Shown one piece after another: positions 19,168-28,126 of a stretch of DNA of 64,000 nt. A model generated the notes under the pieces. That model ran no database searches, was not told the origin of the DNA, and saw only the letters and a program-made list of their open reading frames with translations. The stretch comes from Syntrophobacteraceae bacterium (lineage in GTDB: Bacteria > Desulfobacterota > Syntrophobacteria > Syntrophobacterales > Syntrophobacteraceae): assembly GCA_040772705.1 (NCBI GenBank), contig JAXGXP010000006.1, forward strand, positions 235,306 to 299,305. The letters run 5' to 3'. Position 1 is the first letter of the stretch. Each line of letters opens with the position of its first letter. A program made the position numbers and the translations under genes.

Positions 19168-20082
19168 CTAACCGTTGAAGAGGCACGCCGCCCCGGCCAC
19201 GGCCAGCAAGGCTCCGAGCCATGCCCCGGGGGCGGGAGATTCACGGGTGACCAGCCAGAGGATGGGCAGGATGAGAATTGGGGAGGTGGCCGAGAGGGTC
19301 GAGACGAGCCCTGCGGGCCCGTGGGCCAGGGCGATGAGGAGAAAGGTCATACCCAGCCCCATCCCCACCAGGCCGCTCAAGGCTACCTGCCCCAAGAGCT
19401 TCTTTGATACGCGGGTGGGAGGTCTTACCACCTCCGACCGCGTCAGCAGGGTGGCGATGAGGGCCACCGCCCCCGTGCCCACGCGCAGCGCCGAAGCGGC
19501 TATGGGATCGACCCCGGAAGCCAGGATCGGGCGCATGATGATGACCGAGATCGCCTGACAGAACGCGCCCATCAGTCCCAGTCCCACCCCCACTGCCAAC
19601 GGCCCGCGCACCTGTTCAAAGCTGTGCCGTTGGGTGGTGGTGCTGTGAAAGACCGCCAGAAAGACTCCGGCCATGATCAAGGCACAGCCGCCAATTGTGG
19701 CCGGGGGCAGCCGTTCGTCCAGCACAAGAAATCCCAGTAGAGCGGCAAGAGGAGCATTGGTAGCAAACAGAATGCCGGCTCGGCGGGGACCTACCCGCTT
19801 GAGCGCAGCATAAAAGGAGGTATCCCCCAGAAAGATGCCGATCATGGCCGAGACCATCAGCAAAACACCGTCCCGGAGGGTCAGGGTCTGCCAACCTCCC
19901 GTCACGCATGCCATGCCCGCCAGCATCACAAAAACAAGGCACATGCGCAGCCGGTTGAAGGTGATGGCACCGAGGGTGCGCACCGGGTTGGTTGAAATAA
20001 GTCCGCCGAAGGACCAGCAGAAGGCCGCGCCCAGGGCGCAAAATTCAGCGATGTACATGGTTTGCCCGAGCAACCTCGTCAC
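19168..20082 (-). CDS. DMT-superfamily (EamA-like) transporter
   Basis: About 10 predicted hydrophobic helices in two EamA-like repeats across 304 aa. Confidence 0.8.
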   Translation of the reverse strand: MTRLLGQTMYIAEFCALGAAFCWSFGGLISTNPVRTLGAITFNRLRMCLVFVMLAGMACVTGGWQTLTLRDGVLLMVSAMIGIFLGDTSFYAALKRVGPRRAGILFATNAPLAALLGFLVLDERLPPATIGGCALIMAGVFLAVFHSTTTQRHSFEQVRGPLAVGVGLGLMGAFCQAISVIIMRPILASGVDPIAASALRVGTGAVALIATLLTRSEVVRPPTRVSKKLLGQVALSGLVGMGLGMTFLLIALAHGPAGLVSTLSATSPILILPILWLVTRESPAPGAWLGALLAVAGAACLFNG

Positions 20083-20095
20083 CGACTGCCGGCGA

Positions 20096-20470
20096 ATGGA
20101 GCAAGCGGCATCCGGTCAGTGCGACCTCCATGGCAGCGGTTGGAAGCTTGTGAACCTGAGCGATGAACCGGCAGTTGCATCTCCTAAGCAGCCCGAACCG
20201 CACCTTACGGTTACCGTTGACGAGCGGCGGGTTCCCGGGAGCGGAGGCTGCAGCCAGGTGACCGGTAGCTTCGAGCGCGACGGTGACCGGCTGTGTTTCA
20301 GTCGCATGGTGTCGACAATGATGGCGTGTCCGGATGGTATGGACCAGGAGAAGCGACCTCTTAGCGAACTGGAGCGTATACCACGCTGCTGCAGTCGCGG
20401 CGGCCGCCTCGAGCAGGTGGATGGGATCGGCACTGCCATCGCACGGTTCGACGCAGTTCGGCTGAAGTAG
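20096..20470 (+). CDS. META-domain (HslJ-like) protein
   Basis: Pattern GSGWKLV...VPGSGGCSQVTGSF...GDRLCFSRMVSTMMAC typical of META domains. The start is uncertain: ATG 20096 or 20051. Confidence 0.6.
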   Translation: MEQAASGQCDLHGSGWKLVNLSDEPAVASPKQPEPHLTVTVDERRVPGSGGCSQVTGSFERDGDRLCFSRMVSTMMACPDGMDQEKRPLSELERIPRCCSRGGRLEQVDGIGTAIARFDAVRLK

Positions 20471-20588
20471 CGAACCCACCGGCGGTTTCCAGACAGACCC
20501 GTAGCCACCCAGGTGATTGCGGTCCCGATCCGTTAACCGAAATTCTAAAGGAAAGGGCAGGACAATCTGCCTGGACCCTGCGACCAGA

Positions 20589-21062
20589 TCAGCAGGAATA
20601 CGGGACTATCGTCACCGGGCAGGGGGTGGCATGCAGAACCCCCGTACTCACACTGCCCAGCACGGTTCCGAGGATGGCGTTCAGCCCGCGCGACCCCATC
20701 ACGATGAAGCGCACGCCAACGGTCCCGCATGCCGCCCCTTCTTCACCGCTGTCGCCCCTGGCCTCCTTACAGATCTGCTCTCGGGGATCGCCGACCCGCA
20801 GTTTATGAAGAAACTCCACACCGGACTGTTTCAAAATATCCACACCCGGTTGCATTGCCTCATCTGCCATTTGATTCTGGAAATCCTGAATCTGAGTTTT
20901 ACTGAAAAACCGCTTGGCATGCGGGGTTTCGTAGCTGGGCTGAACATTGAGTAGAACAATCTTCTCACTGTAGGCCTTTGCCATGTCGATTGCCACTCGC
21001 AACGCCTCAATGGCGTTGGCTGAACCGTCAAAGGGAACCAGTATATTTTTTTTCATGTCCAT
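20589..21062 (-). CDS. Universal stress protein (UspA family)
   Basis: KNILVPFDGSANAIEAL at the N-terminus and IVMGSRGLNAILGTVLGSVSTGVLHATPCPVTIV at the C-terminus. Confidence 0.85.
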   Translation of the reverse strand: MDMKKNILVPFDGSANAIEALRVAIDMAKAYSEKIVLLNVQPSYETPHAKRFFSKTQIQDFQNQMADEAMQPGVDILKQSGVEFLHKLRVGDPREQICKEARGDSGEEGAACGTVGVRFIVMGSRGLNAILGTVLGSVSTGVLHATPCPVTIVPYSC

Positions 21063-21450
21063 TCCTCCAGGCCAGGATGGGTGGGTCTATTGCGTTATTG
21101 CATCTGCAGAGTTTGCTTAAGATTCCTTGCCCTGCAAGAGCCTTTTGCCTCATGAGGGTACCACAGGATATTCAGCGTACAAGAAATCATTAGCCCCAGC
21201 CAGGTGGTCACTCGATGAAGAGAGCTCGCTCCAGGGAAACAGGTGATATCGCTTTTCCTGCGTTCGCTCACCATGGCAGGGGAGTAGCCAGAGACCTCCC
21301 CATACCGAAAAAGGTCCTGTGGTGTCAAGAGGCTTTCCGGATTTGCCTGGTTGCCGCGGGAGTGATGGTGTGGCCCTATTCACGCAGCCCCGGTCCAAAC
21401 CGCATCCTTCCCGGTCCACTTGTGGCCGGGGCCGGGCCTGTTCCACCGAA

Positions 21451-22089
21451 TCACGAGGCAGATAGACCCCTTCGGTGCCCTTTCCGGTACAGGGCAGCGA
21501 TGCCCTGCGATCCCAGGTCGGGGATCATGACTTCGAGATGTTCATAGCGGGGCAGGATGCGGTTGAAGCCGTAGACCAGGTAGAGGGCGCCCGGTTTGGC
21601 TTCGGCGGCGATTTTTTCGGCAAAAACATCGTGGAGGGTGATGTAGGTATAGAAGAGATCGATATCGGAAAAGGAGATGTCATGTTGGGCCTGGATTGCC
21701 GCATAGGTTTCCGGGGCCGGTGAGCTCCCATGGAAGAGCGCCAGATTGCCGGGTGGCGGTTCGAGCCCGGCCTGCCGTAGGCGGGATTCGAGCTCGGCCT
21801 TGCGCGGGCCGTACTCGGCCAGAATCTCGCCGTCGATTTCGATGCCGAGCGAGAGTCGGACGAAATAGCTCATGAGGAGGTTCACCCGCCCGTCGGCACA
21901 GCCCAGGTCGGCAAACACGGTCCGATCGCAATCCAGCAGACCGAGCGCCTCGAGCTCCTCAATACCTCGCGATAACTTGAACAGATCCGTGGACTTGCGA
22001 TAGCCCTCGTGACCCTCATAACCGTGGCGGCATCCGTCATAAAAGTTGGCGATCAGGGCCATGGTCTGCTTCAGGCGCTCAGTGATCAT
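21451..22089 (-). CDS. Putative class I SAM-dependent methyltransferase
   Basis: Motif I-like VFADLGCADGRV followed by an acidic loop, LSLGIEID. Weak family assignment. Confidence 0.55.
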   Translation of the reverse strand: MITERLKQTMALIANFYDGCRHGYEGHEGYRKSTDLFKLSRGIEELEALGLLDCDRTVFADLGCADGRVNLLMSYFVRLSLGIEIDGEILAEYGPRKAELESRLRQAGLEPPPGNLALFHGSSPAPETYAAIQAQHDISFSDIDLFYTYITLHDVFAEKIAAEAKPGALYLVYGFNRILPRYEHLEVMIPDLGSQGIAALYRKGHRRGLSAS

Positions 22090-22576
22090 GCTCTCGCTCG
22101 ACGAGAAATTGCTTCACGGCTTCGTGCAGCCGAAAGACGGTTTCCATTTCTTCGCCGGTTGTGGCCTGGAGGCGCACGAGGTTCTCATGGGCGAGTGATC
22201 GCTGGAGGTTGGGGCACAGGTAGTTGATACACAGGATGTGCCGAGCTGTGAGCGTACAGCCGTCCGTACCGAGAAAATAGCAGCTGTCGGAGAGGCGGCG
22301 GTCGGGGGGAAGGGTCCGCCCCAGAAGGAGGTTGATCAGCAGCAGATGGGGAGTATAGTGATCCTCAATGCCTGCGCCACAGCAACTACCGCCTTCTTCC
22401 TCCTCACAGTGCTTGCAGGCTGCGACGAGCCCAAGCTCACGGGCCACCCTCCCGGAGGCTTCCACCTTTTCCCGCAGGGCCTCAAGCAGCCCATGAATCC
22501 GCGAATCTGCCAAGAGCTCTTTCCCCCATCGGGCAAAAAGACATTGGGCCACCTTCATGTTTTCGTTGCTGGTCAT
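22079..22576 (-). CDS. Cysteine-rich protein, YkgJ/CxxCxxCC-like putative Zn/Fe-chelating domain
   Basis: CKHCEEEEGGSCCGAG ... CYFLGTDGCTLTARHILCINYLC. Overlaps the downstream methyltransferase gene by 11 nt. Confidence 0.5.
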   Translation of the reverse strand: MTSNENMKVAQCLFARWGKELLADSRIHGLLEALREKVEASGRVARELGLVAACKHCEEEEGGSCCGAGIEDHYTPHLLLINLLLGRTLPPDRRLSDSCYFLGTDGCTLTARHILCINYLCPNLQRSLAHENLVRLQATTGEEMETVFRLHEAVKQFLVEREHDH

Positions 22577-22664
22577 GGGGTGGCAGCCTCTCGCCGGGAC
22601 CCGGTGAGCCAGCGGCAGAAGAACGGCGGGCAGGAAGAGGACGGGAGGAGAAAGGGGGCGAGTT

Positions 22665-24281
22665 TCACGACAGTCTGCTCAGCCCCAGTCGCTTGAGTCT
22701 GGAATCAAACGTCGAGCGGCTCAATCCGGCTTCCCGGGCCGCGCGGGTGATGTGCCAGCGATGCTTCTCCAGCAGATGGAGGGCGTAGGCTTTTTCCACC
22801 TCTGCCCAGGAACGACCGTCAAAGAGCAAAAAAGATAGCGACCCGGCATTGGCCGCCTCCCCGCAGTCGACCTGGCGGAGGGCCTGAGCGGCGGGGGCTG
22901 GCGGTTCTTCCCGGTCGAGGGCGAGACAGACGGCAAGGTCTTCCAGGTCGATCATGTCGGTGCTGATCACCACGGAGACATGTTTGGCGAAGTTTTCGAG
23001 TTCCCGGATATTTCCCTTCCAGGGATGGTCCAGGGCGTAAGCGAGCGCGCTTTTCGAGAGCTTCTTGGGAAGGATGCCCAGCTTCAGTGCTTCCCTTCGG
23101 AGAAAATGGTCGAGGAGCAGGGGGATATCGTCGCGTCTTTCCCGAAGCGATGGCAGGCGCAAGGGGAGAACGTTGAGGCGGTAGAAAAGGTCCTCCCGGA
23201 ACTGCCCTGCCTTGATCGCTTCCTTCAGGTCCTTGTTGGTGGCGGAAATGATCCTGACTTCCACCCGCTTGATGCGGGTAGCGCCGACGGGCTTGACCTC
23301 ACCGCTTTCGAGAAAACGCAGGATTCTCGCCTGCAGGTGCAGCGGCATATCACCGATCTCGTCAAGGAAAAGCGTCCCCCCGTCAGCGGCTTCGAACAGC
23401 CCCAGGCGATCCCTGACGGCCCCGGTGAAGGCCCCTTTGGCATAGCCGAAGAGTTCACTTTCGAGGAGGGTGTCCGGGATGGCGCTGCAGTTCTGAGCCA
23501 GGAACGGTTTTTCCCGCCTCCTGCTGCGGTAGTGCAGTTCTCGGGCCAGGACTTCTTTGCCCGTCCCGCTTTCGCCAGTGATCAAGACCGGGAAATCGGT
23601 TCGAGCGTAATCCTCGGCAGTCCTCATGACCGCCTGAAAGGCCTGGCTTCGGCCAATAATGGTTTCCTGCTGTTGAATGCTGTCGAGGGCTTGCTTGAGC
23701 CTGGCATTCTCATTCTGCTGGTCGCTGAGAATGAGAGAGTTGCTCAAAGCGATCGAGCCCAGATCAACCAACTGCTGGAGCAGGCCGAGGAAGGAGGGTT
23801 CAAGGTTGAGGCGATTCCCCCCGGAACTGGTATCAATGAGTTCTACGGCCCCGTAGACCTTGCCGTTTCTAAGCAGGAGCGGGAAGCACAGGATCAGTTT
23901 GCTTTTAAGGGCCAGGCCTCGTTCGGCGTCCTTAAAATGTCGCCGGTCTTTGCCCGGTTCGGCGACGGTCATTTCGCCGTTTTCTATCACCCAACCGACA
24001 ATACTGGGTCGATCCGCAGGAACGACCATCCCTTTGATCAACTCACTCTGGGTTCCGGCCGCCTCCAGACACTCGTAGCCCCTGGCCGTTTTCACCCAGA
24101 TAGAACCCCGTTCCACCTTCTGGAGGTCGAGCAGGGAGGTCAGGAATTTGCGCAACAGCCTCTCCGGATCGAGCTCTTCCGACACAGCTTTACAGAAATG
24201 GTAGGATGAATCGGCCATGCAGTCTCTCATCAAATGACGGATGCTACCGGAGAGGGTTGGGCTGCTTCTGTTGAAATTCAA
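22665..24281 (-). CDS. Sigma-54-dependent transcriptional activator (GAF sensor + AAA+ + Fis-type HTH)
   Basis: GESGTGKEVLAREL (Walker A), ESELFGYAKGAFTGA (GAFTGA loop), C-terminal HTH ITRAAREAGLSRSTFDSRLKRLG. The true start may be ATG 24230 or 24218, which removes the overlap with ftsB. Confidence 0.9.
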   Translation of the reverse strand: MNFNRSSPTLSGSIRHLMRDCMADSSYHFCKAVSEELDPERLLRKFLTSLLDLQKVERGSIWVKTARGYECLEAAGTQSELIKGMVVPADRPSIVGWVIENGEMTVAEPGKDRRHFKDAERGLALKSKLILCFPLLLRNGKVYGAVELIDTSSGGNRLNLEPSFLGLLQQLVDLGSIALSNSLILSDQQNENARLKQALDSIQQQETIIGRSQAFQAVMRTAEDYARTDFPVLITGESGTGKEVLARELHYRSRRREKPFLAQNCSAIPDTLLESELFGYAKGAFTGAVRDRLGLFEAADGGTLFLDEIGDMPLHLQARILRFLESGEVKPVGATRIKRVEVRIISATNKDLKEAIKAGQFREDLFYRLNVLPLRLPSLRERRDDIPLLLDHFLRREALKLGILPKKLSKSALAYALDHPWKGNIRELENFAKHVSVVISTDMIDLEDLAVCLALDREEPPAPAAQALRQVDCGEAANAGSLSFLLFDGRSWAEVEKAYALHLLEKHRWHITRAAREAGLSRSTFDSRLKRLGLSRLS

Positions 24282-24618
24282 TCAGCAGCTCATTTTCGCG
24301 AACCCAGCCCAACCCTTCCCGCACCATTTTCTCCTGAGCCCGCGGGCTGTTCTTGAAGGCCTGAATCTTGTTGAACAGCCTCTGATTATCTTCTTTGAGA
24401 TGCCTCACCTTGGTTTCCAGTTCTTCGACCAGAGCACACTGGTTGCGAAATCCCGGGATGCCCTGAGACGAAAACAGAATCCGCTGGAACAGCAGGACAT
24501 TGAGCAGCACGAGCACGCCAACCAGCACCGGCAGAAAATGGATGCTTCGGAAGAAACTGCGTCTCCCTGCCATGAGGACGTCTTGTGGATTCTCATCAAC
24601 CAGCCTTCTATTCGACAT
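24244..24618 (-). CDS. ftsB: Septum formation initiator (FtsB/DivIC-like)
   Basis: Single N-terminal TM helix followed by a coiled-coil (LETKVRHLKEDNQRLFNKIQAFKNSP) and EKMVREGLGWVRENELLI. Confidence 0.75.
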   Translation of the reverse strand: MSNRRLVDENPQDVLMAGRRSFFRSIHFLPVLVGVLVLLNVLLFQRILFSSQGIPGFRNQCALVEELETKVRHLKEDNQRLFNKIQAFKNSPRAQEKMVREGLGWVRENELLIEFQQKQPNPLR

Positions 24619-24633
24619 GGCGTTCCTCCCGCT

Positions 24634-26244
24634 TCAACCCAGGGTCTTCCTGGGGATGGTCACCGATGGAAACAGTCGCGCGTCCGTGTGGGGAAGGAAC
24701 AGCGCGCCGCGGAACTCGTTCATGAGCTCCACATTGACGTTCAATTCGACGTAAGTGATCTGGCTACAGATCCTTTCGATTGCTTGCAGCAGCTTGCGAT
24801 CGCAAAGCAGCATCGCCGCTCCGCAGCCGACGGTGTCCCCGAGCGCCCGAAAGGTTTCGGGAGGCAAATCGGGCAGCATGCCGATTTTGATCGCCATCAG
24901 GGGATCGATACTGGTACCGAAGGCTCCCGTGACATAAAAGCGCTTGATATCGCTAAAAGTCAACCCCACTCGGGCCACAATAACGGAGAGGATGGTGTAC
25001 ATGGCAGCCTTGGATTTCAGAAAAATGCCGATTTCCAGCTCGCTGATCGCCAGCTCTCGGCCATCGCTGGCGTCTCTTGCGGGCACCAGGAGGTAAGCGG
25101 GGCCGTCGGGGCCGTCAAGGATGCGAGGGAAAGCAGACTCGCGGTCGATCTTCCCCTGCACGGTCAGAATGCCTGCCATGAACAGCTCCGCCAGGAGGTC
25201 AATCAGGCCGGAACCGCAGATACCGGCGGGCTTCCCGCCACCAATGACATGATAAGCGGGTTCCAGGGTTTGGCGATCGATCCGCACCCGGTCGATGGCT
25301 CCGGGGACAGCCATCATCGCCCGCGCTACTACGCCGCCCTCGAGGGCTGGGCCTGCCGCCCCGGCGCAGGCCATGAGCCAGTCGCGGTTGCCGAGCACCA
25401 CCTCGGCGTTGGTGCCCACATCCACCAGGATGCTGAGGTCGCTGGTACGATGGAGGCCAACGGCCAGGATATCGGCGATGAGATCGCCGCCGAAATAGGA
25501 GCCAACGCTGGGAAAGAGGTAGGACAGAGCCCGGGGATGAACGGTCAGTTCGAGATCCTCCCCGGCCATCAGCGGAAACTGGTTCACAGCCGGAAGATAA
25601 GGCTCCCTGCAAAGAGATGAAGGATCGAGTCCCATCAGGAGATGACTCATGGTTGTGTTGCCGGCGATGGCCAGGGCATAAATGTCAGCGGCAACCCCGC
25701 CCTGCTCATGGGCCATCCCATGAGCGGCGGCATTGACCGTGTCGCGCAGGAGTCGCTGCAGGCGCCTCAGCTTAGCCGGCTTGCGGGCATAGAGAATGCG
25801 CGCCAGGATGTCTTCGCCGCAGGGCACCTGGGGATTCGGAAGGGATTGCTCGCTTAGCAGGGTCCCCCTCTGCAGGTCGAGGAGGTAGAATGCCAGGCGC
25901 GACGTTCCCAAGTCGATGGCCAACCCGAATACCGGCCGCTCCGCGATCCCGGCGTGGACGTCGATCACCTCCCAGTGACAGGGATGATATCCCAGGATCG
26001 CCGTAACCCGGTAATTCCCCCGGCGGATCTGCCGCACTGCGTGGTTGAGGCGGGAAGGATGAATCCATATAGGGCTGAATCCCTGGTGGCGCAGGAAATG
26101 GGCCAGCCGATCCCAATCCGCCGTATTGTCGGCAAGGCTCGGGGGTGTCAGTTCACAAAACCGCAATTCGACCAGCGGTTGCCGGGTCATCGAGGAAGGG
26201 AGAGCCAGCGGCATCGGGTCAGGGCTCCCAGTGAATCCTGGCAA
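24634..26244 (-). CDS. ASKHA-fold ATPase, DUF4445/RACo C-terminal-like, lacking the usual N-terminal 2Fe-2S ferredoxin domain
   Basis: GLAIDLGTSRLAFY, VDVGTNAEVVLG, GPALEGG, GICGSGLIDLLAEL, TGAFGTSID motifs characteristic of the corrinoid-activase-like ASKHA family. Confidence 0.7.
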   Translation of the reverse strand: MPGFTGSPDPMPLALPSSMTRQPLVELRFCELTPPSLADNTADWDRLAHFLRHQGFSPIWIHPSRLNHAVRQIRRGNYRVTAILGYHPCHWEVIDVHAGIAERPVFGLAIDLGTSRLAFYLLDLQRGTLLSEQSLPNPQVPCGEDILARILYARKPAKLRRLQRLLRDTVNAAAHGMAHEQGGVAADIYALAIAGNTTMSHLLMGLDPSSLCREPYLPAVNQFPLMAGEDLELTVHPRALSYLFPSVGSYFGGDLIADILAVGLHRTSDLSILVDVGTNAEVVLGNRDWLMACAGAAGPALEGGVVARAMMAVPGAIDRVRIDRQTLEPAYHVIGGGKPAGICGSGLIDLLAELFMAGILTVQGKIDRESAFPRILDGPDGPAYLLVPARDASDGRELAISELEIGIFLKSKAAMYTILSVIVARVGLTFSDIKRFYVTGAFGTSIDPLMAIKIGMLPDLPPETFRALGDTVGCGAAMLLCDRKLLQAIERICSQITYVELNVNVELMNEFRGALFLPHTDARLFPSVTIPRKTLG

Positions 26245-27016
26245 AGCGCATCACGTTCACCATCAATTCCAACAGGCCACAGATCATAACACCAGAGAGG
26301 TTCAACTGAAAGCGATCTTCGAGTTTTTCGAGGGCGTCGATCACGCATTTTCCCGGCTCCAGGTTGAGACTCAGGGCGTAAGGGTGTTGGAAATGGGATG
26401 GCCGGCACCAGGGAGGGGGGGAAAGGCTGAAGTGCATGCGACATGCCAGCGGGCGAAATGGATAGATCTGGCAAAGGTTGGCCGCGAGGAAGGGGCAAGG
26501 CTGTTCGAGGCGGCCATAGCTTTCCGAGAGGGCTTCGACCTGGTCGTGCAAGGCGCTTTGGCGGGTTGCATCGGGCGCCCGGCGGCGACAGAGCTCCGCC
26601 CGGAGTTCCTCGACTTCGAGACAGCGCCGAAAAAGCTTCGAGGCGGCACCGCTCTGCTGTATGCCATGGTAGATGAAGATCAACTCCGCCGAACTGACCC
26701 CGGTAGGGATTTGGTAGCAGCAATACGGGCATCCGAGTCGGCATTGCACCGTGAATCCGACCTTCCGCAAACGCCGCCCCGCCGCCCGCACGGATTCGTC
26801 GAAAAGCTCCATCACCTTTCCCATGCGTGCCCGAAAAGCACCAGGCAGGCGCCCGGTGGCGGCGAGTTCATCGAGTCCTTCGAGGCAGGAGATTTCGAAA
26901 AGAAGTCGTGCCATGCGATCCTGATAGTTGGTCAGCGCGGTCAGCGTGGGCTGAATGAGATCAACGATCTTACTTGCGGCTGCGTTTGCAGGAAAGCTGC
27001 CAGGTGAATCAACCAT
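26219..27016 (-). CDS. YkgJ-family cysteine-cluster protein (CxxCxxCC-type putative Zn/Fe-chelating domain)
   Basis: CRLGCPYCCYQ and CPFLAANLCQIYPFRPLACRMH. Overlaps the ASKHA gene start by 26 nt. Confidence 0.65.
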   Translation of the reverse strand: MVDSPGSFPANAAASKIVDLIQPTLTALTNYQDRMARLLFEISCLEGLDELAATGRLPGAFRARMGKVMELFDESVRAAGRRLRKVGFTVQCRLGCPYCCYQIPTGVSSAELIFIYHGIQQSGAASKLFRRCLEVEELRAELCRRRAPDATRQSALHDQVEALSESYGRLEQPCPFLAANLCQIYPFRPLACRMHFSLSPPPWCRPSHFQHPYALSLNLEPGKCVIDALEKLEDRFQLNLSGVMICGLLELMVNVMRFARIHWEP

Positions 27017-27111
27017 CAGTCTTCTTCTTCCGTAACCGTCACGGCCGGGGAGACAGATACTTCACCCCTGTATCCAGGTAATTAAATAAAATTATTATAG
27101 CATTTTGGCGC

Positions 27112-27140
27112 TTGACACAAGCTTCGCTTTTCCTTAAGCT
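27112..27140 (+). promoter_or_regulatory. Candidate sigma-70 promoter (TTGACA-17 nt-TAAGCT) preceded by an AT-rich tract
   Basis: TTGACA at 27112-27117 and TAAGCT at 27135-27140. An UP-like AATTAAATAAAATTATTATAG lies upstream, about 300 nt before the KH-domain gene. Confidence 0.3.
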
Positions 27141-27224
27141 CATTTTCCACCAATTGAATGCTGCCCGGTTTCCTGCCAGCTTCCTGGCGTCAGCAGCTTT
27201 TCATCATTGGCATTGTGGGGCGCT

Positions 27225-27284
27225 GAATCCCAATGAGTCCGCTCCGGCCGTAGCCGGTCGAAAGCGGTGGCATCAATGGGATTC
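27225..27284 (+). other. Extended imperfect RNA hairpin in the leader of the KH-domain gene
   Basis: GAATCCCAATGA (27225-27236) pairs with TCAATGGGATTC (27273-27284) in 11 of 12 positions. Inner helices: CCGCT/AGCGG and CCGGC-CGTA-GCCGG. Confidence 0.3.
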
Positions 27285-27443
27285 GGATCTCGTGTGATAT
27301 TCGGTTTCCTGTCCACCAGCGCCGCCTGGATTTCCCCCCCGGCTCAAGCCCCTGGGTTGGCTTTATGTCTATGGATTGCTTGTTAACAGAGGAGCAGTAG
27401 CAGCATCGTTCTGTCGGATGCTCGTCGGGAGCGGAAAGAAGCT

Positions 27444-27689
27444 ATGGAGCACATTCAGATCAAAGAACTGGTAGAAGTCATTGCTCGCGCTTTGGCGGAA
27501 GATCCCAATCAGGTGGAAGTGAGCGAGATTATCGGTCAGCAAATCTCGGTGATTGAGCTCAGAGCAGCAAAAGCCGATCTTGGGAAGATCATTGGGAAAG
27601 AGGGACGTAACGCCCATGCCTTGCGCACCATCGTGAATGCTGCCGCAACCAAGCTGCGCAAGCGCGCGGTCCTGGAGATTCTCGAATAG
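27444..27689 (+). CDS. KH-domain RNA-binding protein (UPF0109/YlqC family)
   Basis: 81 aa with the [20 protein letters not shown] motif. An RBS-like GGAAAGAAG lies upstream. Confidence 0.85.
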   Translation: MEHIQIKELVEVIARALAEDPNQVEVSEIIGQQISVIELRAAKADLGKIIGKEGRNAHALRTIVNAAATKLRKRAVLEILE

Positions 27690-27726
27690 GGATTCCGGAC
27701 GCGCTTCAGCAAGAACAGCACCGAAG

Positions 27727-28026
27727 ATGTCCAAAACAACCTGTGAGGCAGTGCCGGGCGATTCCGGCCAGGATTGCCGGCCTACGTGCTTTGGAGATCC
27801 AAGCCGGGTTTGTCCCAAGGATGCTGATGGCATCATCCAGCCGCAGGCGACATGCGTTGCGTGCCGCGTCCTGAAGGATTGCCTGCAGCAGGCTCTGCGG
27901 CAAGAGGGCCTGATCAGTCCTCCCAGCCCGCAAAGCCAGGTGGTCTCGAAGGCGACGCACTTTCTCAGGCGGTGGTCTCATAGAAAGCTTGCCGGTGCAG
28001 CCCCTGAAGACGCTCCGGACCTGTAG
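27727..28026 (+). CDS. Hypothetical Cys-rich small protein (99 aa)
   Basis: ORF only. Six Cys in the first 55 residues; no recognised motif. Confidence 0.3.
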   Translation: MSKTTCEAVPGDSGQDCRPTCFGDPSRVCPKDADGIIQPQATCVACRVLKDCLQQALRQEGLISPPSPQSQVVSKATHFLRRWSHRKLAGAAPEDAPDL

Positions 28027-28126
28027 CTGAATGGCAGGATCGAAAACCCCGGGGCAGGCAGTGGCTGCGGCCGGCAGTGGCAGTGCGGGCCGGGAGAACA
28101 GCAGTGAGCCGCCACAGGGGTCATCC

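Noticed and set aside
22980-25620. 409-aa and 459-aa plus-strand ORFs across the sigma-54 activator and ASKHA genes
   Set aside because: They are antisense shadows. The minus-strand products carry Walker A/GAFTGA motifs and ASKHA motifs respectively.
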